This document shows, in pieces, positions 20,169-29,142 of a DNA stretch of 64,000 bases (its first letter is position 1; each line of letters begins with the position of its first letter). The position numbers were made by a program, and so were the translations under genes. The notes beneath the pieces were generated by a model that was not told the DNA's origin, searched no databases, and worked only from the letters and a program-made list of their open reading frames with translations. Source of the DNA: Candidatus Latescibacterota bacterium. GTDB lineage: Bacteria > Latescibacterota > UBA2968 > GCA-2709665. Where the stretch lies: positions 3,264,001 through 3,328,000 of the forward strand of contig CBDCOX010000002.1 in the NCBI GenBank assembly GCA_965219995.1, in the 5' to 3' direction.

Positions 20169-20301
20169 GAAACCGGGATCCGGCGAGCGCAGGACCGGAA
20201 GGCGCATCCCCCGCTTTTTGTCCGAAGCCTTCTTAACCTTGATTCGTGAAGAATAACACCAGGGTAGCACTCCTTTACACATTTCCCGACGGGAGGTTTG
20301 A

Positions 20302-21543
20302 ATGAGGTGGTTTCTGCTGGTTCTGTTCCTTGCAACCGATGTACTGGCGAATCAGGCGGTGATGACGACGACGGATTACGCCACGGGTGGACTTTCGAGC
20401 CTGGACCTCGACACAAATACGGCTGTAAACGACCATCTGACGATTCATTCAGACGCGGTGGTTCGCACGTATCGAGACAAGGTGTATGTACTCAACCGCC
20501 TTGGGCAGGATAACGTCATTGTTCTGAGCGGGGATGATTTACAGACGCCACTGACGCAGTATTCCACGGGAAACGGCACGAATCCCCACGACATCGCGTT
20601 TGTCAGCGAGGAGAAGGCGTATATTTCGCGATATGGCCGAACCCATCTCCTCGTCGTCAATCCCGTCACGGGCGATTCGCTGGGTACGGTCGATCTTTCG
20701 ACGTTTGCGGATGCCGACGGCCTTCCCGAAACCTCTCAACTCGCCGTGCACGGCGCGCATCTGTTCGCGGCGTGTCATCGTCTTGACAGGGAGAACGGAT
20801 GGGTCCCGACCGAATTTTCGGCGATTGCCGTCGTGGACGTGACATCCGACCAACTCGTGGACGTGGACCCGGACGCTGAGGGCATGCAGGGGATTGTCAT
20901 GACCGGCAGCAATCCCTCAGGGGCGGTGCTGCGGGGCAGCAGGTGGTATTTGAGCGCCGTCAATACGTACACCGATTTGACCGACGGCGGCATCGAGGTG
21001 ATCGATCTGGCGAACTTGCGAAGCGAAGGAATCGTGCTCGATGGGACGACCGTGGGCGGCAATCCGGGTTCGCTGGTGATGACTTCCGAGAGTGACGGGT
21101 ATGCCGTCATTACCGACGAGAATTTCGTGAATTCCGTCAAACGCCTGGATCTGGCGACGCAGTCGGTGTCCCCGGGCCTGGAGGGGCTCTCTGGCGGATT
21201 TGTGCCCAGTCTGGGCCTGTTCGGCACGCGGCTGTTTGTTCTGGATCAGGGGAGTTTCGGCGATCCGGCCTCCGCCGGCGTGAAGGTCTACGACGTGAAT
21301 TCGAACGACCTTCTGGCCGGTCCGATCAGCATGGGCCTGCCGCCGTCGAGCATTGCGTTCCTGGGCAGTGTGGCGGATTTCAATGGCGATTGTATTGTGG
21401 ATTTCAGCGATTTCGTGGCATTCGCCTCCACGTTTGGCGGAACCGTCTCTGACGATGATTTCGATCCCAGATTCGATCTGAGTGGAAACGGAGAGGTCGA
21501 TTTCCAGGATTTCCTGATCTTCGCTTCCGAATTCGGGCGATGA
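20302..21543 (+). CDS. Secreted beta-propeller (BtuG/YncE-like) with C-terminal EF-hand/dockerin-like repeat pair
   Basis: VYVLNR, NPHDIAFVSEEKAYISRY; tail DFNGDCIVDFSDF...DLSGNGEVDFQDF. Confidence 0.75.
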   Translation: MRWFLLVLFLATDVLANQAVMTTTDYATGGLSSLDLDTNTAVNDHLTIHSDAVVRTYRDKVYVLNRLGQDNVIVLSGDDLQTPLTQYSTGNGTNPHDIAFVSEEKAYISRYGRTHLLVVNPVTGDSLGTVDLSTFADADGLPETSQLAVHGAHLFAACHRLDRENGWVPTEFSAIAVVDVTSDQLVDVDPDAEGMQGIVMTGSNPSGAVLRGSRWYLSAVNTYTDLTDGGIEVIDLANLRSEGIVLDGTTVGGNPGSLVMTSESDGYAVITDENFVNSVKRLDLATQSVSPGLEGLSGGFVPSLGLFGTRLFVLDQGSFGDPASAGVKVYDVNSNDLLAGPISMGLPPSSIAFLGSVADFNGDCIVDFSDFVAFASTFGGTVSDDDFDPRFDLSGNGEVDFQDFLIFASEFGR

Positions 21544-21669
21544 GAGTCGGTGAGTCACGTAAGACGTGAGACGATAGATGAATTCGGGGAGATGTGGATG
21601 TTGAGTTTGAAGTTGATTTTTGTCGTTGCTTCAAGCTGACTGCTGAACGCTGAGAGCTGATAGCTTCTT

Positions 21670-22794
21670 ATGGATGAATATCTGGATCGCCACGAACACT
21701 ACGATCTGACGCGCGACGGCCGTTTTCTGATCGCCGAGCTGCGGTCGCCCCACCAGGTGCTGAGTACGTCGGCGCATCGCGGCGGCTTGTACACGGGCAT
21801 CCGCTTTCTGGTGAATCACCAGAGTTGCGAGGGAACCGGGCACGATGCGCGATTCGCGTTGATGAGGAAACTCGGCCAGGCGGGCTATCACCGCCGCGTC
21901 TGCGCGGAACGCGGCCTGCCCCCCGATGGGGTCGCGATGATGGGTACGGCCGCGAACATGAACTGCGCGGCGCATGTCGTGAAAACCCATGCCGAATTGC
22001 GCGTGTGCGCGGTTGTGACGGCGGGCGTGGAGGGCAACGCGGGTTGTGCGGGCGATCCGGCAACCTGGCATGAAGAGGATGAAAAATGGATCGAAACGCA
22101 TCCGAACGCGGGTACGATCAACACCATGCTACTCATCAATTGGCCGCTCACGCCGGGCGCGATGGCGCGGGCGGCGATCACGATGACCGAGGGCAAGTCC
22201 GCCGCGCTGCGCGACCTCGCTGTGTCGAGTCGGTATTCTCGCGACCTCGCCACGGGCACCGGCACCGATCAGTACTGTATTGCCGCGCCATTGGACGAAA
22301 CGAGAACGTCGAAGACCAACACGGGCCACCACTCGAAATTGGGGGAATTGATCGGCACGGCGGTACGCGAAGCCACACGCGAGGCGCTGCGATGGCAGAA
22401 CGGTCTCGAGCCGTCCCAGACGAGAAGCCTCTTCCATGCGCTGATGCGGTACGGGTTCCGCCGCGACCGGTTCCTGGCGGCGATGCATAAGCGTCTGACG
22501 GAAGCCGATTGCGCCCTGCTGGAAAAAAACCTCAAGTCCGTTGTATACGAACCGCGGGTGTCGGCGGCGGCATACGCGTTCGCGGCGATTTGGGACCGTG
22601 TGCGATGCGGCGCGATTCCTTATTCGCTGGCCGAACCGGTATTCCGGCAGCAGGCCGCGACATTGGCGTCCTCGCTCGCAGCGAGACCGGGGGAGTGGCC
22701 GGCCTGTCACGAACAGCTCCGCGCCAGCGACGACAATCCCCTGGAACTCGTCTTCGATGCCCTTGCGCTGGGTTGGCGTCTGAAATGGACCTGA
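21670..22794 (+). CDS. cbiZ: Adenosylcobinamide amidohydrolase
   Basis: MGTAANM, VTAGVEGNA, GTINTML, TEGKSAAL, ATGTGTDQ, GHHSKLGELIG. Confidence 0.9.
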   Translation: MDEYLDRHEHYDLTRDGRFLIAELRSPHQVLSTSAHRGGLYTGIRFLVNHQSCEGTGHDARFALMRKLGQAGYHRRVCAERGLPPDGVAMMGTAANMNCAAHVVKTHAELRVCAVVTAGVEGNAGCAGDPATWHEEDEKWIETHPNAGTINTMLLINWPLTPGAMARAAITMTEGKSAALRDLAVSSRYSRDLATGTGTDQYCIAAPLDETRTSKTNTGHHSKLGELIGTAVREATREALRWQNGLEPSQTRSLFHALMRYGFRRDRFLAAMHKRLTEADCALLEKNLKSVVYEPRVSAAAYAFAAIWDRVRCGAIPYSLAEPVFRQQAATLASSLAARPGEWPACHEQLRASDDNPLELVFDALALGWRLKWT

Positions 22795-23765
22795 CCCTGC
22801 TTGCGCCGGACCCGGTTCTGCTCATCGGCGCCGTTCTCCTGGACGGCGTGTTCGGCGACCCGGTCTATGCCTGTCACCCCGTTCGCCTGATAGGCGGCAC
22901 GCTTTCCGTTTTCGAACGGAACCTGCGTCGGCTTGGTCTGGACGGATACGCCGGAGGTTGTACTCTGGCGTTGCTGCTCTCCACGTTCTGGCTGGTCATC
23001 ATCTGCGGCCTGGCAATCGTGCTGAGTCAGGTTCATCCCGCGGTCGGCTGGGTTTTTCAGTTATATATTATATATAGTATGATTGCGCTCAAGGACCTGT
23101 GCAAGCACGGGTTGGCCATCGATCGCGCCGGCGATCCGGACGGCGCCCGGAGGGCTGTCTCACAACTCGTTGGGCGCGATACCGATACAATGGACGCCGC
23201 GGCCTGCCGCAGGGCGGGCGTGGAGAGCCTGAGCGAGAACGCCGTCGACGGGTTTATTTCGCCCGTTTTCTGGTATATTATATTTGGTATTCCTGGAGTT
23301 GTATTCTTCAAGGTGATCAGCACCATGGATTCCATGGTGGGTTTCAAAACCCCGCGATACCGCGCTTTCGGATGGTGCGGCGCCCGGCTGGACGACGTGC
23401 TCAATTACCTGCCGGCGAGATTGACTTATCTCTGGATGGTGCTGGTCGCGCTGTTCCTGCCCGGTTGTTCCGCACGCAAGGCGATGCTTGTCGGCTGGCG
23501 GCAGCACGGGCTCGTTCCGGGACCCAATGCCGGATGGAGCGAAGCGACGGCTGCGGGTGCGTTGCAGCGCCGGCTGGTCGGCCCCGTCCGGCAGGACGGA
23601 ACACTGATTACAGAGCTGTGGCTGGGTGTTGAATCCGATCCGGAAGGCGGCCAACCCGGGGACATGCGCCGCGCGTGCTCATTTGTTATCGGCACCTGTG
23701 TGCTCGCAACGGGTCTCGGGGGCGCTTATCTTTTTGTTCTACGCCCGCACGTATTGACTTTCTGA
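22785..23765 (+). CDS. cbiB: Adenosylcobinamide-phosphate synthase CbiB/CobD
   Basis: GDP...HPVRLIG, LVGRDT, ESLSENAVDG, TMDSMVG, ARLDDVLNYLPARL, PNAGWSEA. Confidence 0.92.
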   Translation: MDLTLLAPDPVLLIGAVLLDGVFGDPVYACHPVRLIGGTLSVFERNLRRLGLDGYAGGCTLALLLSTFWLVIICGLAIVLSQVHPAVGWVFQLYIIYSMIALKDLCKHGLAIDRAGDPDGARRAVSQLVGRDTDTMDAAACRRAGVESLSENAVDGFISPVFWYIIFGIPGVVFFKVISTMDSMVGFKTPRYRAFGWCGARLDDVLNYLPARLTYLWMVLVALFLPGCSARKAMLVGWRQHGLVPGPNAGWSEATAAGALQRRLVGPVRQDGTLITELWLGVESDPEGGQPGDMRRACSFVIGTCVLATGLGGAYLFVLRPHVLTF

Positions 23766-23831
23766 TGTCCCGCCGCTATCTTCATCTGCCGCACTCAACC
23801 GAACCAAAGAGCATGTTACCAGGAGAGGGCG

Positions 23832-25421
23832 ATGATGAAATCTCTAACTGCCGGCTTGACTCTGGCGGCGATCTGCATGTCTTTAAATCCTGTCTTTGCA
23901 CAGGACAACAGGACGACGGCAGGCGATGTGGTGGACCGTGAGACCCTGATGGCCTTTGTGGAAGGGGCAAAGGACTCCCTGGAGGGAGCAGCCGACTTCG
24001 CCGCGGTCGGGCGATTGACCGAGGCGTTCAGGACCGAAGGCGACTGGAAGGCCGGGCCGGTCTATCTCGTGATTCTGACCGGCGAGGGACTCGTGCAATT
24101 TCACGCGGCCGACGTTATGATCGAAGACACGAACGTAATTGATCTCGAGGATGACAGAGGCGCGAAAATTGTGCGGGACATGCTCGCCGCTGCCGCTGAG
24201 GACGGCGGCTTTGTCGAGTACTATTGGGACGATCCTACCGTGGAGGACGATGATTTACCCAGGCTGACCTTCTCGGTTCCTGTTACCATAGTCGGGCTGG
24301 AATTCGTCCTTGTCGGCGGTTTTCACATGGACCTGTCGGACGTCGATGCCGAGCCGAACATCTTTGAACTGCTGGAGGTAACGGCCCGGGACGTCAAGGA
24401 CAGGGCATCCCTCATGTCGTTTGTGGAGGGCCTGCGGGTGCTCGTTCCCTTCATCGAAGAAAGAGGGTATCCCTACCTGGCAACCGTGCAGGCCGCCATC
24501 CGGACCGAGGGCGAGGATTTCAAACACGGTTCGATGTACATCTTTGTGATCAACACGTCGGGCATACTGATCTTTCACGGCACGGCGGACGCCAGTTCCT
24601 TCGGCGAGAACATGATCGACGTGGAGGACGTCAACGGAGTCAAAATCGTCCGTGAAATTATCGCGACGGCCGAAGCCGGCGGCGGGTTCGTGAAATATTA
24701 CTGGGACAATCCGGCGGTCATCGGAGACGAGGACACCAGGTCGCCCAAGCTCAGTTACGTGATCCCGATTCACATTTTCGGTCAGACGTTTGTCGTGGGC
24801 GCGGGCATCTATCTGGAGAGCGATATCGCATTCGAAGAGGTCGCGCAGGTGGATGTACAGGTCGTCGGCGACGGCGACCCGAGCGGACTGACGGTGCAAG
24901 TTTCGCGGTCGATTTCAGGACGCGCGCCCGTCTATGCGTGGCGCAAGACGACCGATGAGACGGGGCGCGCCGTGGTGAGAGTCACGCCGGACGAACAGCG
25001 TCGCGTCAACGGCATGTACCGGGCGCGCGTGCGCACGTCCGAGGGCGCGACCGTCGCAAGCTGGAGCAGCATTCCGCTGATGCCGGGAAGGCGCGTGACC
25101 TATGAGGTCAATCTGAATGGCGATGTACGTGCCATTGCGTCGCTTGCGGCTTCGCTGGGGCCGAACCGTCCGAATCCGTTCAACCCCGCAACAACCATAC
25201 GCTATTCACTGAACGAATCGGCGGACGTGAAACTGGCAGTCTACAACCTGCTGGGCCAGGAAATCCGTTCGCTGGTTCAGCAGTTCCAGCCGGCGGGCAG
25301 CTACACGGTCGTGTGGGACGGACGGGACGCCGCCGGACGGCAGGTGAGTACGGGTTTGTACCTGTATCGGCTTCAGGCAGGGGCGGACGTTGTCACGCGC
25401 AAGATGGTGTTGGCGAAATAG
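23832..25421 (+). CDS. Secreted tandem single-Cache domain protein with T9SS/FlgD-type C-terminal domain
   Basis: Signal peptide; two repeats ending GGFV(E/K)YYWD(D/N)P; C-terminal NRPNPFNPATTIRY...VYNLLGQEIR...WDGRDAAG..VSTGLYLYRL. Confidence 0.82.
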   Translation: MMKSLTAGLTLAAICMSLNPVFAQDNRTTAGDVVDRETLMAFVEGAKDSLEGAADFAAVGRLTEAFRTEGDWKAGPVYLVILTGEGLVQFHAADVMIEDTNVIDLEDDRGAKIVRDMLAAAAEDGGFVEYYWDDPTVEDDDLPRLTFSVPVTIVGLEFVLVGGFHMDLSDVDAEPNIFELLEVTARDVKDRASLMSFVEGLRVLVPFIEERGYPYLATVQAAIRTEGEDFKHGSMYIFVINTSGILIFHGTADASSFGENMIDVEDVNGVKIVREIIATAEAGGGFVKYYWDNPAVIGDEDTRSPKLSYVIPIHIFGQTFVVGAGIYLESDIAFEEVAQVDVQVVGDGDPSGLTVQVSRSISGRAPVYAWRKTTDETGRAVVRVTPDEQRRVNGMYRARVRTSEGATVASWSSIPLMPGRRVTYEVNLNGDVRAIASLAASLGPNRPNPFNPATTIRYSLNESADVKLAVYNLLGQEIRSLVQQFQPAGSYTVVWDGRDAAGRQVSTGLYLYRLQAGADVVTRKMVLAK

Positions 25422-25446
25422 CGGCCGCGTGCGAATTTGCGGTTCA

Positions 25447-25475
25447 TTGACTTTCCGAATTCAGTCCGTTATTCT
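25447..25475 (+). promoter_or_regulatory. sigma70-type promoter for hicBA
   Basis: TTGACT-N17-TATTCT. Confidence 0.5.
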
Positions 25476-25562
25476 TTCACAGTGTTCTGCAGCCACCGAG
25501 CATGATTGAGGGGATTTTACTATTGTCGTCATTTTCGTGAAAACATCCGTTCTGAGGAGAAT

Positions 25563-25832
25563 ATGAAGACGTATCTATTCAAGGCAGTCCTTGAGAAAGA
25601 CAAATGGCCCGATGAGCCGGATTCAAAGGCCGTGTGGCGAGCGTATATTCCTGCGCTGGAGCATAGGGGGGCCGCAAGCTGGGGAGATACTCAGAAAGAG
25701 GCTTTGGAGAATTTAAGGAACGCTGTCGATCTTCTCGTTGCGTACCTGCTGGAGAATGGAGAAGAGATACCCTCCGAGCCATCTTCGCAGATTGAGGTCA
25801 GCGATGTGCCCATGGTCACCGTAGCTATCTGA
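25563..25832 (+). CDS. hicB: HicB-family antitoxin
   Basis: WRAYIPAL..GAASWGDTQKEALENLRNAV...GEEIP; GAGGAG RBS. Confidence 0.82.
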   Translation: MKTYLFKAVLEKDKWPDEPDSKAVWRAYIPALEHRGAASWGDTQKEALENLRNAVDLLVAYLLENGEEIPSEPSSQIEVSDVPMVTVAI

Positions 25833-25833
25833 T

Positions 25834-26085
25834 ATGGCTATCGATTATAGCAGACTTCGTTCGCTGACAGCACGAAGATTGATACGAGCACTAAATAGAG
25901 ACGGGTTTCGCGAATACAGAAGGAAAGGCGCGACCCGTTTTTTTGTGCACGTGGATGGGAGAGTGACAACCGTCCACCTGCACAACTTGAATCAGATTTT
26001 TGCAGTGGGTACGCTCAAGTCAATCGTCGAGCGTCAAGCTCAGTGGGGAGAGGATGACCTTGAGCGCCTTGGGCTGTTGAAGTGA
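25834..26085 (+). CDS. hicA: HicA-family toxin
   Basis: LIRALNRDGF...RKGAT..F...DGRVTTV...GTLKSI; the usual GSH histidine appears as GAT. Confidence 0.75.
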   Translation: MAIDYSRLRSLTARRLIRALNRDGFREYRRKGATRFFVHVDGRVTTVHLHNLNQIFAVGTLKSIVERQAQWGEDDLERLGLLK

Positions 26086-26110
26086 AGTCTTTGATTCTTC
26101 CGGAGGTGCG

Positions 26111-27157
26111 GTGACTGAGGCGATTCTGACTGCCCGTACGCTGTCCATCGGATACACAGGCGGCCGCCGGCCGGCTCGCGTTGTGGCGCGGGATATCGAC
26201 GTTTCGCTCGATTCCGGAGACTTTGTCTGTCTCCTGGGGCCCAATGGCGCGGGGAAATCCACGCTTTTGCGGACGCTTGCCGGGGTGCAGCCGCCGCTTG
26301 ACGGCCACGTCCGTATCGCAGGAAGAGACACCTCGGAGATGTCCGCGACCGAAGTCGCTCAACTCCTCAGTGTGGTCCTAACGGACCGCGTCAGCGCGGG
26401 CGCCATGACGGTGCGCGACCTGGTGGGCCTGGGTCGGCATCCGCATACGGATTGGATCGGACGTTTCGCTCCTGAAGATGAACAGGCCGTTTCATGGTCG
26501 ATCCGGGCGGCGCGGGCTGAAGACCTTGAACACCGCAATGTCGCCGAACTGAGCGATGGCGAGCGCCAGCGGGTGATGATTGCGCGGGCGCTGGCGCAGC
26601 AGCCCGACCTGATGATTCTGGACGAACCCACCGCCTTTCTCGATCTGCCCCGCCGCGTGGAAATCATGGCGCTGTTGCGAGACCTTGCACATACGACCCG
26701 GAAGGCGATTCTCCTCTCCACGCACGACCTGGACCTGGCGCTGCGCTGTGCGGACCGCATCTATCTCCTGCCGTCAGAAGGCGAACTGCGGACCGGTGCG
26801 CCCGAGGACCTGGTCCTGAACGGCGCTTTTGAAGCGGCATTCGGGAGCGACGGCGTGCGCTTCGACGCCGACACGGGCGCCTTCAGGCTCACGCCGGAGC
26901 GAGGCCAGGCCGCGGTTTCCGTGTCGGGACAGGGACGGCGGGCGTATTGGACAAAGCGCGCGCTGGAACGCGCAGGGTTCCAGGCGGATGACGCGGAATC
27001 CCCGTGCCGCATCAACGTCGTCGACGGCACCAACGGCTCGTGGCGATTCGAACGTGGCGAAACAACCCGAAATTTCCATTCCATTTACGACTTGATTGCA
27101 GCGCTTAAAGTAGAATTTGGAATAGATACGGTGGCAAGATCGGGAATTGCAGGATGA
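26111..27157 (+). CDS. Corrinoid/iron ABC transporter ATPase (BtuD-like)
   Basis: GPNGAGKST, LSDGERQR, LDEPTAFLD, STHD. Confidence 0.92.
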   Translation: MTEAILTARTLSIGYTGGRRPARVVARDIDVSLDSGDFVCLLGPNGAGKSTLLRTLAGVQPPLDGHVRIAGRDTSEMSATEVAQLLSVVLTDRVSAGAMTVRDLVGLGRHPHTDWIGRFAPEDEQAVSWSIRAARAEDLEHRNVAELSDGERQRVMIARALAQQPDLMILDEPTAFLDLPRRVEIMALLRDLAHTTRKAILLSTHDLDLALRCADRIYLLPSEGELRTGAPEDLVLNGAFEAAFGSDGVRFDADTGAFRLTPERGQAAVSVSGQGRRAYWTKRALERAGFQADDAESPCRINVVDGTNGSWRFERGETTRNFHSIYDLIAALKVEFGIDTVARSGIAG

Positions 27158-28221
27158 GATCTGATCTGAAAAGTGAAGCGCGGGAGGGACCGCGGTGCTC
27201 GATGATCGTTCCAGGACTGTTTCTGCTGCTTCTTGTTGCGTTCGGCCTGAGCCTTTCGCTCGGGTCGGTCCGCATTCCTCTGGCCGGACTGTTCGTTATA
27301 CTGATGGGCGGAGAGCCCGCCTCTCCGGCATGGTCGATCATCATTCACACCATTCGCCTGCCGAAGGCGATTACCGGCGTGCTGGCCGGCGCCGCCCTGG
27401 CTGTGAGCGGACTGCAGATGCAGACGTTGTTTCGCAATCCACTCGCCGATCCGTTCGTGCTTGGCATCAGCGCGGGCGCCAGTCTGGGCGTGGCGATCGT
27501 GGTATTGACGGCGGGCGCCGTCGGCAGCGCGCTGATCGCCGGCCTGGGCTTCCTGGGCGACCTCGGCCTGGCTTTTGCGGCGATCCTCGGCGCCGCCGCG
27601 GTGCTGGGGGGTGTGCTGCTGGTTTCCCGCAGCGTGAGCAGCGTGATGACGCTGCTCATCCTTGGGTTGATGTTCGGATACGCAACCGCCGCGTTCGTCA
27701 GCATTCTGATTTACTTCAGCGTGCCCGAACAGATTCAGTCGTACATCCTTTGGACGTTCGGCAGTTTCGGCAGCGTGACGTGGCGCCAGGTCCCCGTGCT
27801 CGCCGGCGCCATTTTTCTTGGCCTCGTGCTCGCGTTGCTGTGTATCAAACCCCTGAACGCACTGCTGCTGGGCGAAGACTACGCCCGAAGCATGGGCCTG
27901 AACGTGAAACGCGCGCGGCTTTGGATCCTTGTCAACGCGTCGATTCTCGCGGGCGCCACCACCGCGTTCTGCGGCCCCATCGCCTTCCTGGGCCTGGCGG
28001 TGCCGCACCTGTGCCGAAGCCTGTTGCACTCGTCGGACCATCGCGTGCTCATGCCCGCCGTCATCTGCCTCGGCGCAACCCTCGCGCTGCTGTCCGATCT
28101 GTTCGCGCACCTGCCGGGCAGCCAGTACGTGCTGCCGCTCAACGCGGTGACCTCCCTCATCGGGGCGCCCGTCGTCATCTGGTTCATCCTGCACCGGAAG
28201 AACCTTAACCGGACGTTTTGA
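27154..28221 (+). CDS. FecCD/BtuC-family permease
   Basis: IRLPK, QTLFRNPLADPFVLGISAGA, LLGEDYARSMG, GPIAFLGLAVPH. Confidence 0.92.
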   Translation: MRSDLKSEAREGPRCSMIVPGLFLLLLVAFGLSLSLGSVRIPLAGLFVILMGGEPASPAWSIIIHTIRLPKAITGVLAGAALAVSGLQMQTLFRNPLADPFVLGISAGASLGVAIVVLTAGAVGSALIAGLGFLGDLGLAFAAILGAAAVLGGVLLVSRSVSSVMTLLILGLMFGYATAAFVSILIYFSVPEQIQSYILWTFGSFGSVTWRQVPVLAGAIFLGLVLALLCIKPLNALLLGEDYARSMGLNVKRARLWILVNASILAGATTAFCGPIAFLGLAVPHLCRSLLHSSDHRVLMPAVICLGATLALLSDLFAHLPGSQYVLPLNAVTSLIGAPVVIWFILHRKNLNRTF

Positions 28222-28240
28222 AACCTGCAGGCGGGAAGAA

Positions 28241-28777
28241 ACATGGATGGACAGGATGGGCAGGATGAAGGCCAAAAACAGGGACAAACCCGGTGGATGA
28301 TGGCGCACAATGGAGCGATTTTCCGACTTCAGAGGGAGGTCAATCACCCGTCAAAGGCAACGAACATGGATGCACGGGATGGGCGGGATAAGAGCAAGAA
28401 CCGGATCAGGATTTGAACGATTAAGCAGGATTAGAATCCAGGAACAGGATCGAGACATTATGCAGGAAAAAGCCCGCGCCATCTCGGTAGCGGGGCTGAT
28501 TTATTCTCCAGCCTGCAATCTACATGGATAATCATGGATGAACAGGACAAAGGCAGAAAGAGGGGAAAACAGGAGGGCGATGCCGTAGAACTGAGCAATT
28601 TTCCGACTTCAGAGGTAAGTCAACTACCCGTCAAAAGCAACGAACATGGATGGACAGGACGGGCAGGATGAGAGCAACAACCGGATCAGGATTTGAACGA
28701 TTAAGCAGGATTAGAATCCAAGAACAGGATCGAGACATGATGCAGGAAAAAGCCCGCGCCATTTCGGTAGCGGGGCT
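28241..28777 (+). repeat. Tandem duplication, 280-bp period, containing ACATGGATGGACAGGAT 9-mer repeats
   Basis: TTCCGACTTCAGAG at 28321 and 28601; AAAGCCCGCGCCAT..CGGTAGCGGGGCT ending at 28497 and 28777. Confidence 0.85.
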
Positions 28778-28854
28778 CTTTGATTCACCGGGTGGGTTCA
28801 AACGTTGATGGAAGGGATAAAACCAATAGAGCGCCAGAAATCAGGCGGCAGCAA

Positions 28855-29070
28855 CCTATAGCGGCGTCGCGTTGTTCAGCCGCAACCGAATAGATTGAAG
28901 TGGACGTCTGGGCCCTTTTGAAAGTCGATCACTCCCCCCGTGAGGGGGAGTCGCAGAAGCCGAGCCGTTCCCTGAGCCGCTCCCTGAGCATGCGGTGCCC
29001 TGAGCTTGTCGAAGGGTCGAAGGGTCGGCGAAGGGTAGCGAAGCGCGGGCGTTTCGACAAGCTCAACGAC
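28855..29070. repeat. Left inverted-repeat module flanking mcrBC
   Basis: ATCACTCCCCCCGTGAGGGGGAGTCGCAGAAGCCGAGCCG plus CCTGAGC/GTCGAAGGG repeats; reverse complement of 33125-33480. Confidence 0.8.
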
Positions 29071-29142
29071 CACGCTTCGGTAAGCCGTGCCGGAAAGCTT
29101 GACGCATAAGGTTCTTTCTGCATGTGTTACAAACCCAAACGA

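Noticed and set aside
28241-29070. CRISPR array
   Set aside because: Repeats are degenerate, there are no constant-length unique spacers, and no cas genes.
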